A stretch of 64,000 nucleotides of DNA. Source: Minisyncoccota bacterium (lineage in GTDB: Bacteria > Patescibacteriota > Minisyncoccia > SW-4-49-11). Below the pieces are notes generated by a model that ran no database searches, was not told the DNA's origin, and saw nothing but the letters and a program-made list of their open reading frames with translations. The number at the start of each line of letters is the position of its first letter. The stretch's first letter is position 1. The DNA lies in assembly GCA_023264145.1 (NCBI GenBank), contig JALQTA010000001.1, forward strand, positions 15,465 through 79,464. The letters are read 5' to 3'. Position numbers and translations under genes: made by a program. Of this stretch, positions 30,722-39,149 are shown in pieces.

Positions 30722-31300
30722 TTATAGATTTGGTACAGCAGCAGCATACTTACTCCAAGCTTTGATTTGCCCTTCTGTTAAGTTTTGTGCATTCTGTACG
30801 GTCTCTGATAAGGTATCTACAGAGAAACTAATATCTTGACCAACGGTTAGATGATGCTGATAATAGCTATTCTTTAATACGGTTTCAGCATATAATTTTT
30901 GCTCTTTAGACAAGGTGATATTATTCATAGAACTATACTCTGCAATTGCTTTGCGAGCAAGATGAGTAACTCCATCTCCTTTTCCTGCGGATACAATAAT
31001 TGCTTCTTCGGTAGTCTTTACTTCAGTCTTAGCCTCTTTTGTCATTTCTTCTTTGGTATCGGTGTCTTCTGTCTTTGCTGTCTCTTCTGATGATTCAGTG
31101 TTTTCTGCGTCTTTGTCATTATTCTTGATATCGCTGACTTTTTCTTCTACATCTTTGTCATTCTCAGCAGGGTCTCGATTAAAGGCATAGATACCACTAA
31201 TAATCAAGAATACAATTAAAAGAATAGATACGATATTTTTCGCCCAAAATCCTTTATTTTCATCTTGCTGTTCTTCTGTTGTTTGCTTTTCTTCACTCAT
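30722..31300 (-). CDS. membrane-anchored hypothetical protein with acidic linker and possible LysM-like C-terminal domain
   Basis: One TM, E/K/T-rich linker, AGKGDGVTHLARKA; very strong SD AAAGGAGGTGA. Confidence 0.75.
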   Translation of the reverse strand: MSEEKQTTEEQQDENKGFWAKNIVSILLIVFLIISGIYAFNRDPAENDKDVEEKVSDIKNNDKDAENTESSEETAKTEDTDTKEEMTKEAKTEVKTTEEAIIVSAGKGDGVTHLARKAIAEYSSMNNITLSKEQKLYAETVLKNSYYQHHLTVGQDISFSVDTLSETVQNAQNLTEGQIKAWSKYAAAVPNL

Positions 31301-31327
31301 TTCTATTCACCTCCTTTCCGTATTCGA

Positions 31328-32170
31328 TTATTTCTTTAAGGTAATCATCAGATGTCTATCAAGTTCTTGTATATCTTTATATATCTCAATATGAGAATAA
31401 GGAGCGGCGGTCATAATAAAGGTTGAGATATCCGGTACTTGTTCAGGATTAATCTCTATCAAGAGACGGGGATATACAATAAAACGACTCAAAATGCTTG
31501 TCATAAGCTGTTTATAGTGGTCTAATCCTTTATCAGGGGAATAGAGCGCTATATCAGGCTCATACAAAAGAGAGTCGTCTGTATATATGTTTTGATCGAG
31601 ATAGGGTAAATTGGCGACAATAATATCAGGTTGATTGGAAGGAAACTCTTGGAGTAAGTCGCTACAAATCCATGAAATAGGATGTCGTTTACCTGAAATA
31701 ATTATATCATTATTCTTGGCAACTTGTAAGGTATCGGAGGAAATATCAGAAGCCGTGATATGAGCTTGAGGGATTTCAAGAGCTAACGTTATCGCAATAC
31801 ATCCACTTCCAGTACCAATTTCCCATAAAACTGGCTCGGTATCAAAAGATTGGCTTTTGATAATATCAATAATGGCTTCACTTTCTGGCCGAGGGATAAG
31901 AGTATGCTGATTTACACAGAATATTCTTCCATAAAATTCCTTATATCCAAGAATATAGGCAATAGGTTTATGATTGATACGCTCTTGAATATACCCAAGA
32001 ATAATATCGATTTCATTCTCAGGAATATCAAGCTCGGACTGCATAATACAGTCAAGTTTATTGAGTCCGGTGACATATTCTATAATCAGATAGGTATCTA
32101 ATTCTGGAGTAGGGGAATGAGGTTTCAGGAGTATATTACTCTTCTGAATGATTTCTTTTATAGTCATCAA
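31328..32170 (-). CDS. prmC: release factor glutamine methyltransferase PrmC/HemK
   Basis: PIAYILG, TLIPRPESE, GTGSGCIA, ANLPY. Confidence 0.95.
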   Translation of the reverse strand: MMTIKEIIQKSNILLKPHSPTPELDTYLIIEYVTGLNKLDCIMQSELDIPENEIDIILGYIQERINHKPIAYILGYKEFYGRIFCVNQHTLIPRPESEAIIDIIKSQSFDTEPVLWEIGTGSGCIAITLALEIPQAHITASDISSDTLQVAKNNDIIISGKRHPISWICSDLLQEFPSNQPDIIVANLPYLDQNIYTDDSLLYEPDIALYSPDKGLDHYKQLMTSILSRFIVYPRLLIEINPEQVPDISTFIMTAAPYSHIEIYKDIQELDRHLMITLKK

Positions 32171-33179
32171 AGGCAGTTAATATATGAGTAAAATCACCAA
32201 GGAGAATAGATTCGATATCAGAAAAGTTCTGTTTAATACGATGATCAGTGATACGGTCTTGAGGAAAATTATAGGTTCGAATTTTCTCTGATCTATCTCC
32301 TGTTCCAATTTGATTCTTACGGAAAGCGGCTTCTTTCTCTGCCTGCTCTTGTTTCATTTTATCCAAAATACGGGTACGGAGAATTTTCATTGCCTTATCC
32401 TTATTTTTGAGCTGTGATTTTTCATCTTGACAAGATACTACGGTATTGGTAGGAATATGAGTGATACGTACGGCTGAGTCGGTGGTATTAACACTTTGTC
32501 CTCCTGGACCACTAGAGCGAAATACATCAATCTTCAAATCATTAGGATTAATATCAATATCAACTTCTTGAGCAATCGGTAATACTGCTACCGTAATGGT
32601 AGAGGTGTGAACACGACCAGCTTTTTCTGTTTTAGGAACTCGTTGTACGCGATGTACCCCACTTTCATATTGGAGATATTGATATATTTCATGACCTCTT
32701 GCTTCAAGAATAACTTCTTTTATTCCTCCCACAGGGTTTTCGGATAAAGACAATATTTCGGTTTTTGCTCCATTCTTTTGGAGAAAGGTTACATAGGCTT
32801 TGAATAATTCTAGAGCAAATAATCCTGCTTCATCACCTCCAGCTCCAGCTCGAATTTCTACAATAATTTCATTTGCAAAATGCTCTTTAGGGGATAAAAT
32901 TTCATTCCATGCGGACTCAGCTATATCGAGACGAGCTTGAAGGGAAGATAGTTCTTCAGCGGCTATCTCTTTCATTTCTGGATCATCTAATAAGGCAGTA
33001 GCTTCTTGAATTTGAGACTTGAGATGTTCAATGGTCTGTAATAATTCAATATGAGAAGCTAATTCGGTATGGCGTTTTGATATATGGATAAAATCAGGAT
33101 GAGCAAATATCTGGGGATCAGACATCTGCTCAGATAACACATCATATTCTTGTTGAATATCAGCTAAAGAAAGGCTCAT
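32136..33179 (-). CDS. prfA: peptide chain release factor 1
   Basis: ESGVHRVQRVPKTE, GPGGQSVNTTDSA, RTYNFPQDR; adjacent to prmC. Confidence 0.97.
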   Translation of the reverse strand: MSLSLADIQQEYDVLSEQMSDPQIFAHPDFIHISKRHTELASHIELLQTIEHLKSQIQEATALLDDPEMKEIAAEELSSLQARLDIAESAWNEILSPKEHFANEIIVEIRAGAGGDEAGLFALELFKAYVTFLQKNGAKTEILSLSENPVGGIKEVILEARGHEIYQYLQYESGVHRVQRVPKTEKAGRVHTSTITVAVLPIAQEVDIDINPNDLKIDVFRSSGPGGQSVNTTDSAVRITHIPTNTVVSCQDEKSQLKNKDKAMKILRTRILDKMKQEQAEKEAAFRKNQIGTGDRSEKIRTYNFPQDRITDHRIKQNFSDIESILLGDFTHILTAFDDYKRNHSEE

Positions 33180-33206
33180 ATGATAAAGGTCGCTAAATAG
33201 GGTAAC

Positions 33207-33428
33207 TTATTTTTGAGAAAGTTGGCTTTTCTTTTCCATTTTGAGTCGGAATTTTTCAACTCGTCCAGCAGTATCTACAAGAGTTCTTTTTCCGGTATAA
33301 AAAGGATGGCATTTTGAACATACTTCAATAGAAATTTTATCTCGAGTTGCTCCAATTTCAAATTCACTACCACATGATATACATTTCACGGTAGAGCGAT
33401 AATAAGTGGGATGAATACCAGGTTTCAT
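33207..33428 (-). CDS. rpmE: 50S ribosomal protein L31 (Zn-binding type)
   Basis: MKPGIHP, CISCG, CSKCHPFYTG, DTAGRVEKF. Confidence 0.97.
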   Translation of the reverse strand: MKPGIHPTYYRSTVKCISCGSEFEIGATRDKISIEVCSKCHPFYTGKRTLVDTAGRVEKFRLKMEKKSQLSQK

Positions 33429-33593
33429 AGAATACAGTCTTTAGTAATACGTATAATTATCTGTAATAATATCACAGAATAAGAATAAAGTCAATGTATT
33501 ACGAGGGATAAATATTACCATAATTGCTATCTAGAGATATAATATGATATACTAACAAAAGAAATAATATATAAACATAATTATTATATTTGT

Positions 33594-34334
33594 ATGGAAT
33601 CCAATATGACTCTTGGTGACATTGTTGCAAAAATACAAAGAAAGTTCAATACGGTGGTGATTATTACCTTGACATTCGTGTTAGTGGGGGTAGGTATTAC
33701 TCTTATTCTCCCGAAACAATATCGGGCTGAATCCCAATTAGTAGTTATTCAAAAAGCAAATCCAGGGATAGATTCATATACCGCTCAGAGATCTATTGAC
33801 TCTAATGTTGATTTGCTTATTAACTTAGCCTATACCGATGCATTTTTCAGCAGTTTTACGGTAGATAATGTTGAAATTCGTAATGCCTTCCCTGAAAATT
33901 TAAAAGATAGGAGAACTCAATTTGCAAGAAATGTAGTGGTACAGGCAAGAGGAACGGGATTTATTTCAGTCTTAACCTATGATGGTTCATCAGAATTGGC
34001 CTTGACCATGAATCAAGTTGCAGTTAATAAACTTATTGACCAAGCAAAAGTTCTTTTAGGAGATACTGCCAATATACAGATAGTCAATCAGCCATCACTC
34101 TTTGATGGTGTTGGGCGGCCAGATATCACCATTAATCTATTAGGTTCTGCAATAGTAGGATTAGCAGTAGCTATAGGATATGTACTATCGCGTAAAGAAA
34201 ATACTCTTGTGTATGATTTTGGGATAGATGAAGAAGGAGGATCTTCGTCAGAGGAGTTTAATTCTTTCAATACGACCTCAGTTATACCTCCATCTATTAC
34301 TACTGATACTGAATATGATTCTCAATCCTTCTAG
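33594..34334 (+). CDS. Wzz/CapA-like polysaccharide chain-length determinant
   Basis: Two TM helices flanking an extracytoplasmic domain; PKQYRAESQLVV. Confidence 0.75.
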   Translation: MESNMTLGDIVAKIQRKFNTVVIITLTFVLVGVGITLILPKQYRAESQLVVIQKANPGIDSYTAQRSIDSNVDLLINLAYTDAFFSSFTVDNVEIRNAFPENLKDRRTQFARNVVVQARGTGFISVLTYDGSSELALTMNQVAVNKLIDQAKVLLGDTANIQIVNQPSLFDGVGRPDITINLLGSAIVGLAVAIGYVLSRKENTLVYDFGIDEEGGSSSEEFNSFNTTSVIPPSITTDTEYDSQSF

Positions 34335-35727
34335 GGTTATTTTATTGGTTGGAGCATTAGTGCTTTTTTCTGGAGTTATGCTTTTAGATAGAGGTATTGC
34401 CCCCTTTATTTTACTTGCCGCATTATTGATATTTGTGAGTATTATACGACTTTCAGTTCCTGCAGTATTTTATACGTTACTTATTATTCGTCCCTCCTTG
34501 GATATATTTGGTGCTTATGTTTTTGTCATATCTTCTAATTTACCAAGTATTAATATCGCAGGAATTGTTGCTCTTATATCAATTATTGTCAGTATTATTT
34601 TAATATATCGTTCTCAGAAAAGAATATTAACTATTCCTCTCAGTGCTTTATTTATATTTCTATTCTTTATATATGGGATATTTACCGTCTTATCATTGCA
34701 TCCTATCGCCTCTATCAATGAATTAATACGGGTATCCTCCTTTTTATTGATGTACTTTACTGGATATGTGGTAATTAATACAAAATATGATCTTACTCGG
34801 ATTATATGGGCTATTATTATATCATCCATTATACCAACTATAGTTGGGTATATCCAACTATTTAATGGGGCTGGTCTTTATACCAATCCCGGATTTGAGA
34901 ATCGTATAGCCGGTACCTTTGGCCATCCAAATGTATTGGGGTATTTTTTATTAATTATTATTGCGTTAATTGTCTATCTTTATTTTGAAAACCCAGCTCG
35001 GAAACCTTTATATAAGACATTATTAATCACCTATGGCGTTCTATTAGGGGTGCTTTTATTATCTACTTATACTCGAGGTGCTTGGATTGGGATAAGTTTA
35101 TTATTATTAGGAGTGAGTATTATTCGATATACCAAAAAAACACTGATTATAAGTGCGATTGCTATTCCTATTATGGCAATAAGTGCATTTAGCTATACGT
35201 GGGTACAAACGAATATTATTTATGATTTAACTCCATTAGAAGATATTTCAGTTATATCGAGAGTGGTGGGGCTTTTTAATGGGGATCCAAGTGACTCTAT
35301 TATATGGAGACAAATTATGTGGTCAGATATGTATAATAAGGCTTTAACCCGTCCTATTATTGGATTTGGGGCGGGGACTATCGAAATTATCGTAGAGGAA
35401 GTGAGGGGAGTTTCATTGGGAGCTCTAGAAGCTCATAATGATTATATTAAAATTTTGGTTGAAATGGGAGTAATTGGATTATTCTCGTATATTACATTTA
35501 TATTAGCGCTACTCTATAGTTTATTAATACGTATTCAATCAAAGCAGGATACCTTATTTTTGATTATGACTTTCTTGGTTTTAGCTATTTATTTATCAAG
35601 TATTTGGGATAATTTATTAAGACAAACAGCAGTAATGTGGATATTTTTTGGCTTATTAGGTGTGGTAATGAAATATCATACTATTCGTGCAAAAGATCCT
35701 TCAAAAGATTCTCCCACTGAGGAGTGA
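34315..35727 (+). CDS. O-antigen ligase/polymerase (Wzy_C) family protein
   Basis: RIAGTFGHPN, TYTRGAW, GFGAG, AHNDY..ILVEMG; start placed at ATG 34315. Confidence 0.9.
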   Translation: MILNPSRVILLVGALVLFSGVMLLDRGIAPFILLAALLIFVSIIRLSVPAVFYTLLIIRPSLDIFGAYVFVISSNLPSINIAGIVALISIIVSIILIYRSQKRILTIPLSALFIFLFFIYGIFTVLSLHPIASINELIRVSSFLLMYFTGYVVINTKYDLTRIIWAIIISSIIPTIVGYIQLFNGAGLYTNPGFENRIAGTFGHPNVLGYFLLIIIALIVYLYFENPARKPLYKTLLITYGVLLGVLLLSTYTRGAWIGISLLLLGVSIIRYTKKTLIISAIAIPIMAISAFSYTWVQTNIIYDLTPLEDISVISRVVGLFNGDPSDSIIWRQIMWSDMYNKALTRPIIGFGAGTIEIIVEEVRGVSLGALEAHNDYIKILVEMGVIGLFSYITFILALLYSLLIRIQSKQDTLFLIMTFLVLAIYLSSIWDNLLRQTAVMWIFFGLLGVVMKYHTIRAKDPSKDSPTEE

Positions 35728-36940
35728 TAGTTTTTTGAGCAAAGTCTTGTATACGCAGAGAAGATTTTTGATGATATGAATTATATATTTCATCATTACA
35801 TAATATCAATTCCATAGCAGATACGAGATACTGTTCAGACTGAGATAAGGAATAGGGTTTTTCTGGGAGAGTATTATGATCAAGGGGAATTAATATTCCA
35901 TATTCTGCTTGTTCTATTATGGAGGTTTTGACGGTAATATCGCTACTTGGAGCCAATAATTCTCGTGGACCAGAATCAGAATCCGAGGCAATAACAGGAG
36001 TTCCAATGATTAAGCTTTCAACAAGTACATTGGGAAGCCCTTCATAATGAGAAGGAAGAATAAGTACTTTAGCCTGAGCAATAAATGCAAATGGGTTTTT
36101 CTGGAATCCCAGAAAGTATATATCATAATTATCCTTAATATCTTGATTATCCCATACGGTATATACCTTGAGTCCTAAACTTCTTGCAAAATTAAGATGA
36201 TATTCTCTCAAGGGGCCATCCCCCAAAATAATATACCGAATATTAGGATGAGTTTTTTTGAGACTATGAAATGCAAGAATACTATGCCAAAATCCTTTTT
36301 GACGAGATAATCTTCCGGTTGATATACATACAGGGTTTTGATATAGAGAAGCATATTCACCAATATCCTGATGAGCTAATGCTCTAATACCATCTATATC
36401 AAAAGGATTGAGAATAACTTGAATCTTATCTTTAGGGAGGCCTAATTGAATCAGATTGGCTTCAATTCCCCGAGAGACCGCAATAATACGAGTATGAAAT
36501 CGCTCTAATAATTTGACAAGACCTAAATAAATAGTACTTCTAAAGAATACTCCTTCCTGAGTATAATTAGAGGTGAGATGGCTATGAATAACTCCAATAG
36601 ACAAATGGTGAGAGAATGGTTTTGCTAAAATATTCACAAAATCAGCTCTTTCAAGATGACTAATACATAGATGTATCTGATTTTGCTTAAGATATTGAGC
36701 TAGCTTAAAGGGAAGAAGAGGAAATTGTAATAATTTTTTGAATTTAGAGGATTGTCCTTTGATATCTGATAAAAAATGTATCGAGAAATTATCGGGCATA
36801 ATATAGGAATCTTGATGTTCAAGGGCAATAATATGGACTGTATATCCTAAATCTTGGAACATCTGAGCTTGAGTAATAGCTATTTTCTGAGCTCCACCTC
36901 CTTCAAAATTGGTAATTAAGATAGCAATAGATTGTTTCAT
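35681..36940 (-). CDS. glycosyltransferase family 4
   Basis: GGGAQK, GRLSRQKG, PSHYEGLPNVLVES; start placed at ATG 36940. Confidence 0.92.
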   Translation of the reverse strand: MKQSIAILITNFEGGGAQKIAITQAQMFQDLGYTVHIIALEHQDSYIMPDNFSIHFLSDIKGQSSKFKKLLQFPLLPFKLAQYLKQNQIHLCISHLERADFVNILAKPFSHHLSIGVIHSHLTSNYTQEGVFFRSTIYLGLVKLLERFHTRIIAVSRGIEANLIQLGLPKDKIQVILNPFDIDGIRALAHQDIGEYASLYQNPVCISTGRLSRQKGFWHSILAFHSLKKTHPNIRYIILGDGPLREYHLNFARSLGLKVYTVWDNQDIKDNYDIYFLGFQKNPFAFIAQAKVLILPSHYEGLPNVLVESLIIGTPVIASDSDSGPRELLAPSSDITVKTSIIEQAEYGILIPLDHNTLPEKPYSLSQSEQYLVSAMELILCNDEIYNSYHQKSSLRIQDFAQKTITPQWENLLKDLLHE

Positions 36941-37011
36941 ATAGCTATAGTATAACGTATTTTTAGAATATTGACGATAGTAGGATATATACATAACCTT
37001 GTTGTATACTA

Positions 37012-37040
37012 TTGACAAAATGGCTATTTTATGCTATTAT
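37012..37040 (+). promoter_or_regulatory. sigma70 promoter of cassette 1
   Basis: TTGACA-17 bp-TATTAT with extended TATGn; near-identical to 39086-39114. Confidence 0.85.
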
Positions 37041-37068
37041 CACACAGAACCTTATGCCTCGGAGGCAT

Positions 37069-37992
37069 ATGTACATTCTCAAACTGATGATGGGGACTCT
37101 GGTCCTCATCGCAACCGCCATCCCGGTTATGGCACAGGGCCTTCCCGTTACCTGCAAGCAGGTGGGAGACAAGGCCGTCATCTCCACCCCCGGTTTTTCG
37201 GGGTCGTGGATGAGCTTCGGATCAGGGCGCTTGAGCCCAGCCTCGACGGAGACGGTAATTCCGAACTTTCGGAATGCACCGTTTCCCTTGGTCGGGAACA
37301 AGGCTGTGAATCCTGGTGATCCGCAGTCTTGGTTCAAGATCGAGAGGGTGACTCCCGAACAAAAGCGTGCCTCCGGGTGTGGCTTTGTTCAGGCAGGGGT
37401 CCTGATCCCGGGAAGCAACTGGACTCCGGTGCAGATCGCGAATACCCGTTCGCAACTTTCTGCGCAGGGAGGAGTGCTCGGAAATCCCGCTACCTTTGCC
37501 GTGGTTCCTGTCCCCGCCGTAGGACCGGCGACCCGTTCCAGGGTGATTATCTCTCGTAAGGGAGATGCCATCACCTTGGAACTGCCTCCTTCCACGGAGA
37601 GCAGTCAATGGGTAGTTCAGCGGGGACAGTCCGGCCCCATTGTTGGACGACCCACCACGGGTATCGAGGGGCTTCATCGCACCTCGACCTTCCTCAGCGC
37701 CTATCAGCGCTTTGAGGCGGTGGTGAAGACCAATCGTGGCTGGCCTGTCACCGTGCCCCTGACTCTTCAGGGTCTGCGGATTACTGGCACCTTGCCAGCA
37801 GATTGGCATTCCTTCGCCATTGTGGCAAGGGGATCAGGGCAGGACGCCTGGTTGCAGGTGGGCCCCGCCATTGAGCAGGGGCTTACCCAGCATGATGGTG
37901 TCCCAGATGCTTTCTGGGGAGGGCGGACGGACAATTCGTTGTTTACCGTTCCTGGGAACAACCCCAACCCGGGGTATTTCTGGACCCGCTGA
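37069..37992 (+). CDS. cassette 1: GC-rich secreted hypothetical protein (~307 aa)
   Basis: Signal peptide ending IPVMA-Q; SD GGAGG at 37061-65; own promoter and terminator. Confidence 0.8.
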   Translation: MYILKLMMGTLVLIATAIPVMAQGLPVTCKQVGDKAVISTPGFSGSWMSFGSGRLSPASTETVIPNFRNAPFPLVGNKAVNPGDPQSWFKIERVTPEQKRASGCGFVQAGVLIPGSNWTPVQIANTRSQLSAQGGVLGNPATFAVVPVPAVGPATRSRVIISRKGDAITLELPPSTESSQWVVQRGQSGPIVGRPTTGIEGLHRTSTFLSAYQRFEAVVKTNRGWPVTVPLTLQGLRITGTLPADWHSFAIVARGSGQDAWLQVGPAIEQGLTQHDGVPDAFWGGRTDNSLFTVPGNNPNPGYFWTR

Positions 37993-38010
37993 TCTTCCGT
38001 TAACAAGTTC

Positions 38011-38045
38011 GCCGCCAGCACCCAGTGCTGGCGGCTTTTTCTTTT
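38011..38045 (+). terminator. intrinsic terminator of cassette 1
   Basis: GCCGCCAGCAC-cca-GTGCTGGCGGC then TTTTTCTTTT. Confidence 0.9.
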
Positions 38046-38048
38046 GAC

Positions 38049-38077
38049 TTGATATATAGGGAAATATATGGTATGGT
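38049..38077 (+). promoter_or_regulatory. probable promoter of cassette 2
   Basis: TTGATA-17 bp-TATGGT with TATGn extension. Confidence 0.55.
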
Positions 38078-38106
38078 GAAATAGCAAATTATGAGGTTTT
38101 CCTCTC

Positions 38107-38547
38107 ATGCAAAGGCTCATCTGTTCTTTGGTGACTGTGGTTTCATTGTCCGTTCCTTCATCTGCTTTGGCTCAGTATTACCCATATCAAGGAGGTGGTA
38201 CTCAATATGGCCATCAACAGAAAGATCCTGACTATCTGGAACTCCGGTTTCGAGATGGTCGGCGGGTAGTTACATACCCTGTTTCTGGTACTCGACATGA
38301 AGATGTTGCTGCTCAGCACGGTATTGCCTACTGTGAGCAATATTGGAGAGAAGTGGTACCTCCTCCAGGATTCGGATACGCTGCAGTGATCTCTCAGGGG
38401 GCTTGTAGGGGTAGGCAGATCAATCACCAACCGATTAATCGGTACCCCGATCACAAACATCAACGTCGATGGGTAAATCCTGTTCCAAGGCAACATCTTC
38501 CCATTTTGAATGGAGGAAGTAACTGTCTGCTTTTCTGTTTTAACTAG
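38107..38547 (+). CDS. cassette 2: secreted hypothetical protein (PGFGYAA family), 146 aa
   Basis: Signal peptide ending SSALA-Q; paralogue of cassette 3. Confidence 0.8.
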   Translation: MQRLICSLVTVVSLSVPSSALAQYYPYQGGGTQYGHQQKDPDYLELRFRDGRRVVTYPVSGTRHEDVAAQHGIAYCEQYWREVVPPPGFGYAAVISQGACRGRQINHQPINRYPDHKHQRRWVNPVPRQHLPILNGGSNCLLFCFN

Positions 38548-38589
38548 ATGTGTTTCTGTCCCATACAACCGTTTTCTTAATCTCTTCGC

Positions 38590-38622
38590 GCCGGTAGTGG
38601 TAAACTGCCGGTATTTTTTTTT
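38590..38622 (+). terminator. intrinsic terminator of cassette 2
   Basis: GCCGGTAGT-ggtaa-ACTGCCGGT followed by a T9 run. Confidence 0.85.
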
Positions 38623-38633
38623 GCTCTAACCTC

Positions 38634-38662
38634 TTGACAAAATGTATAAAATATGCTATAGT
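38634..38662 (+). promoter_or_regulatory. sigma70 promoter of cassette 3
   Basis: TTGACA-17 bp-TATAGT; shares TTGACAAAAT...TATGCTAT with cassettes 1 and 4. Confidence 0.85.
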
Positions 38663-38689
38663 GCCATCGTCAACACTTGGAGCAATCCA

Positions 38690-38998
38690 ATGAAGTGCCT
38701 TTCCAGCTTCGCCAGCGTTCTGCTGGCTTCCACCTTGCCCCTCCTCGCCGTGGCTCCCGCCATGGCAACCCCTCAGCCCCAGGAGGGTCGGGGGATGCTC
38801 CCCGATCTCATTCTTCTCAAGTTCGCCGATGGGCGAATGGAGGAGGTGTCCAATCCCTCCCGTGCTGCGGGGGGGCGGCCCCACGAAGTGGTGGCCGCTG
38901 AAAAGGGGATTCCGACGGCCTGCCAAGCGTGGCAGGAAATCCCGTCTCGGCCAGGATTCGGATACGCTGCACAGATCACCCAGATCTGTGGTAACTGA
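38690..38998 (+). CDS. cassette 3: GC-rich secreted hypothetical protein (PGFGYAA family), 102 aa
   Basis: Start MKCLSSF at ATG 38690 after GGAG; signal peptide ending VAPAMA-T. Confidence 0.8.
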   Translation: MKCLSSFASVLLASTLPLLAVAPAMATPQPQEGRGMLPDLILLKFADGRMEEVSNPSRAAGGRPHEVVAAEKGIPTACQAWQEIPSRPGFGYAAQITQICGN

Positions 38999-39021
38999 GC
39001 CTGCTCAGCAATCGTCCAATC

Positions 39022-39049
39022 GCCCCCTGCACTGCAGGGGGCTTTTTTT
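39022..39049 (+). terminator. intrinsic terminator of cassette 3
   Basis: GCCCCCTGCA-c-TGCAGGGGGC then T7. Confidence 0.9.
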
Positions 39050-39085
39050 ATTCTCTTATGATACTATTTCAGATGTTGTTATCTA

Positions 39086-39114
39086 TTGACAAAATAGCTA
39101 TTATATGCTATAAT
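39086..39114 (+). promoter_or_regulatory. consensus sigma70 promoter of cassette 4
   Basis: TTGACA-17 bp-TATAAT with TATGC extension. Confidence 0.9.
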
Positions 39115-39149
39115 CTCAACGTTCTGTACATTCTCAACGGAGTTTTCTT

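Larger units (their letters stand above)
38365..38971 (+). repeat. 21-bp exact direct repeat CCAGGATTCGGATACGCTGCA (38365-38385 and 38951-38971)
   Basis: Identical in cassettes 2 and 3; encodes PGFGYAA. Confidence 0.9.

Noticed and set aside
38107-38998. Diversity-generating retroelement TR/VR pair
   Set aside because: Identity is limited to 21 bp, flanking differences are not adenine-specific, and there is no reverse transcriptase in the window.
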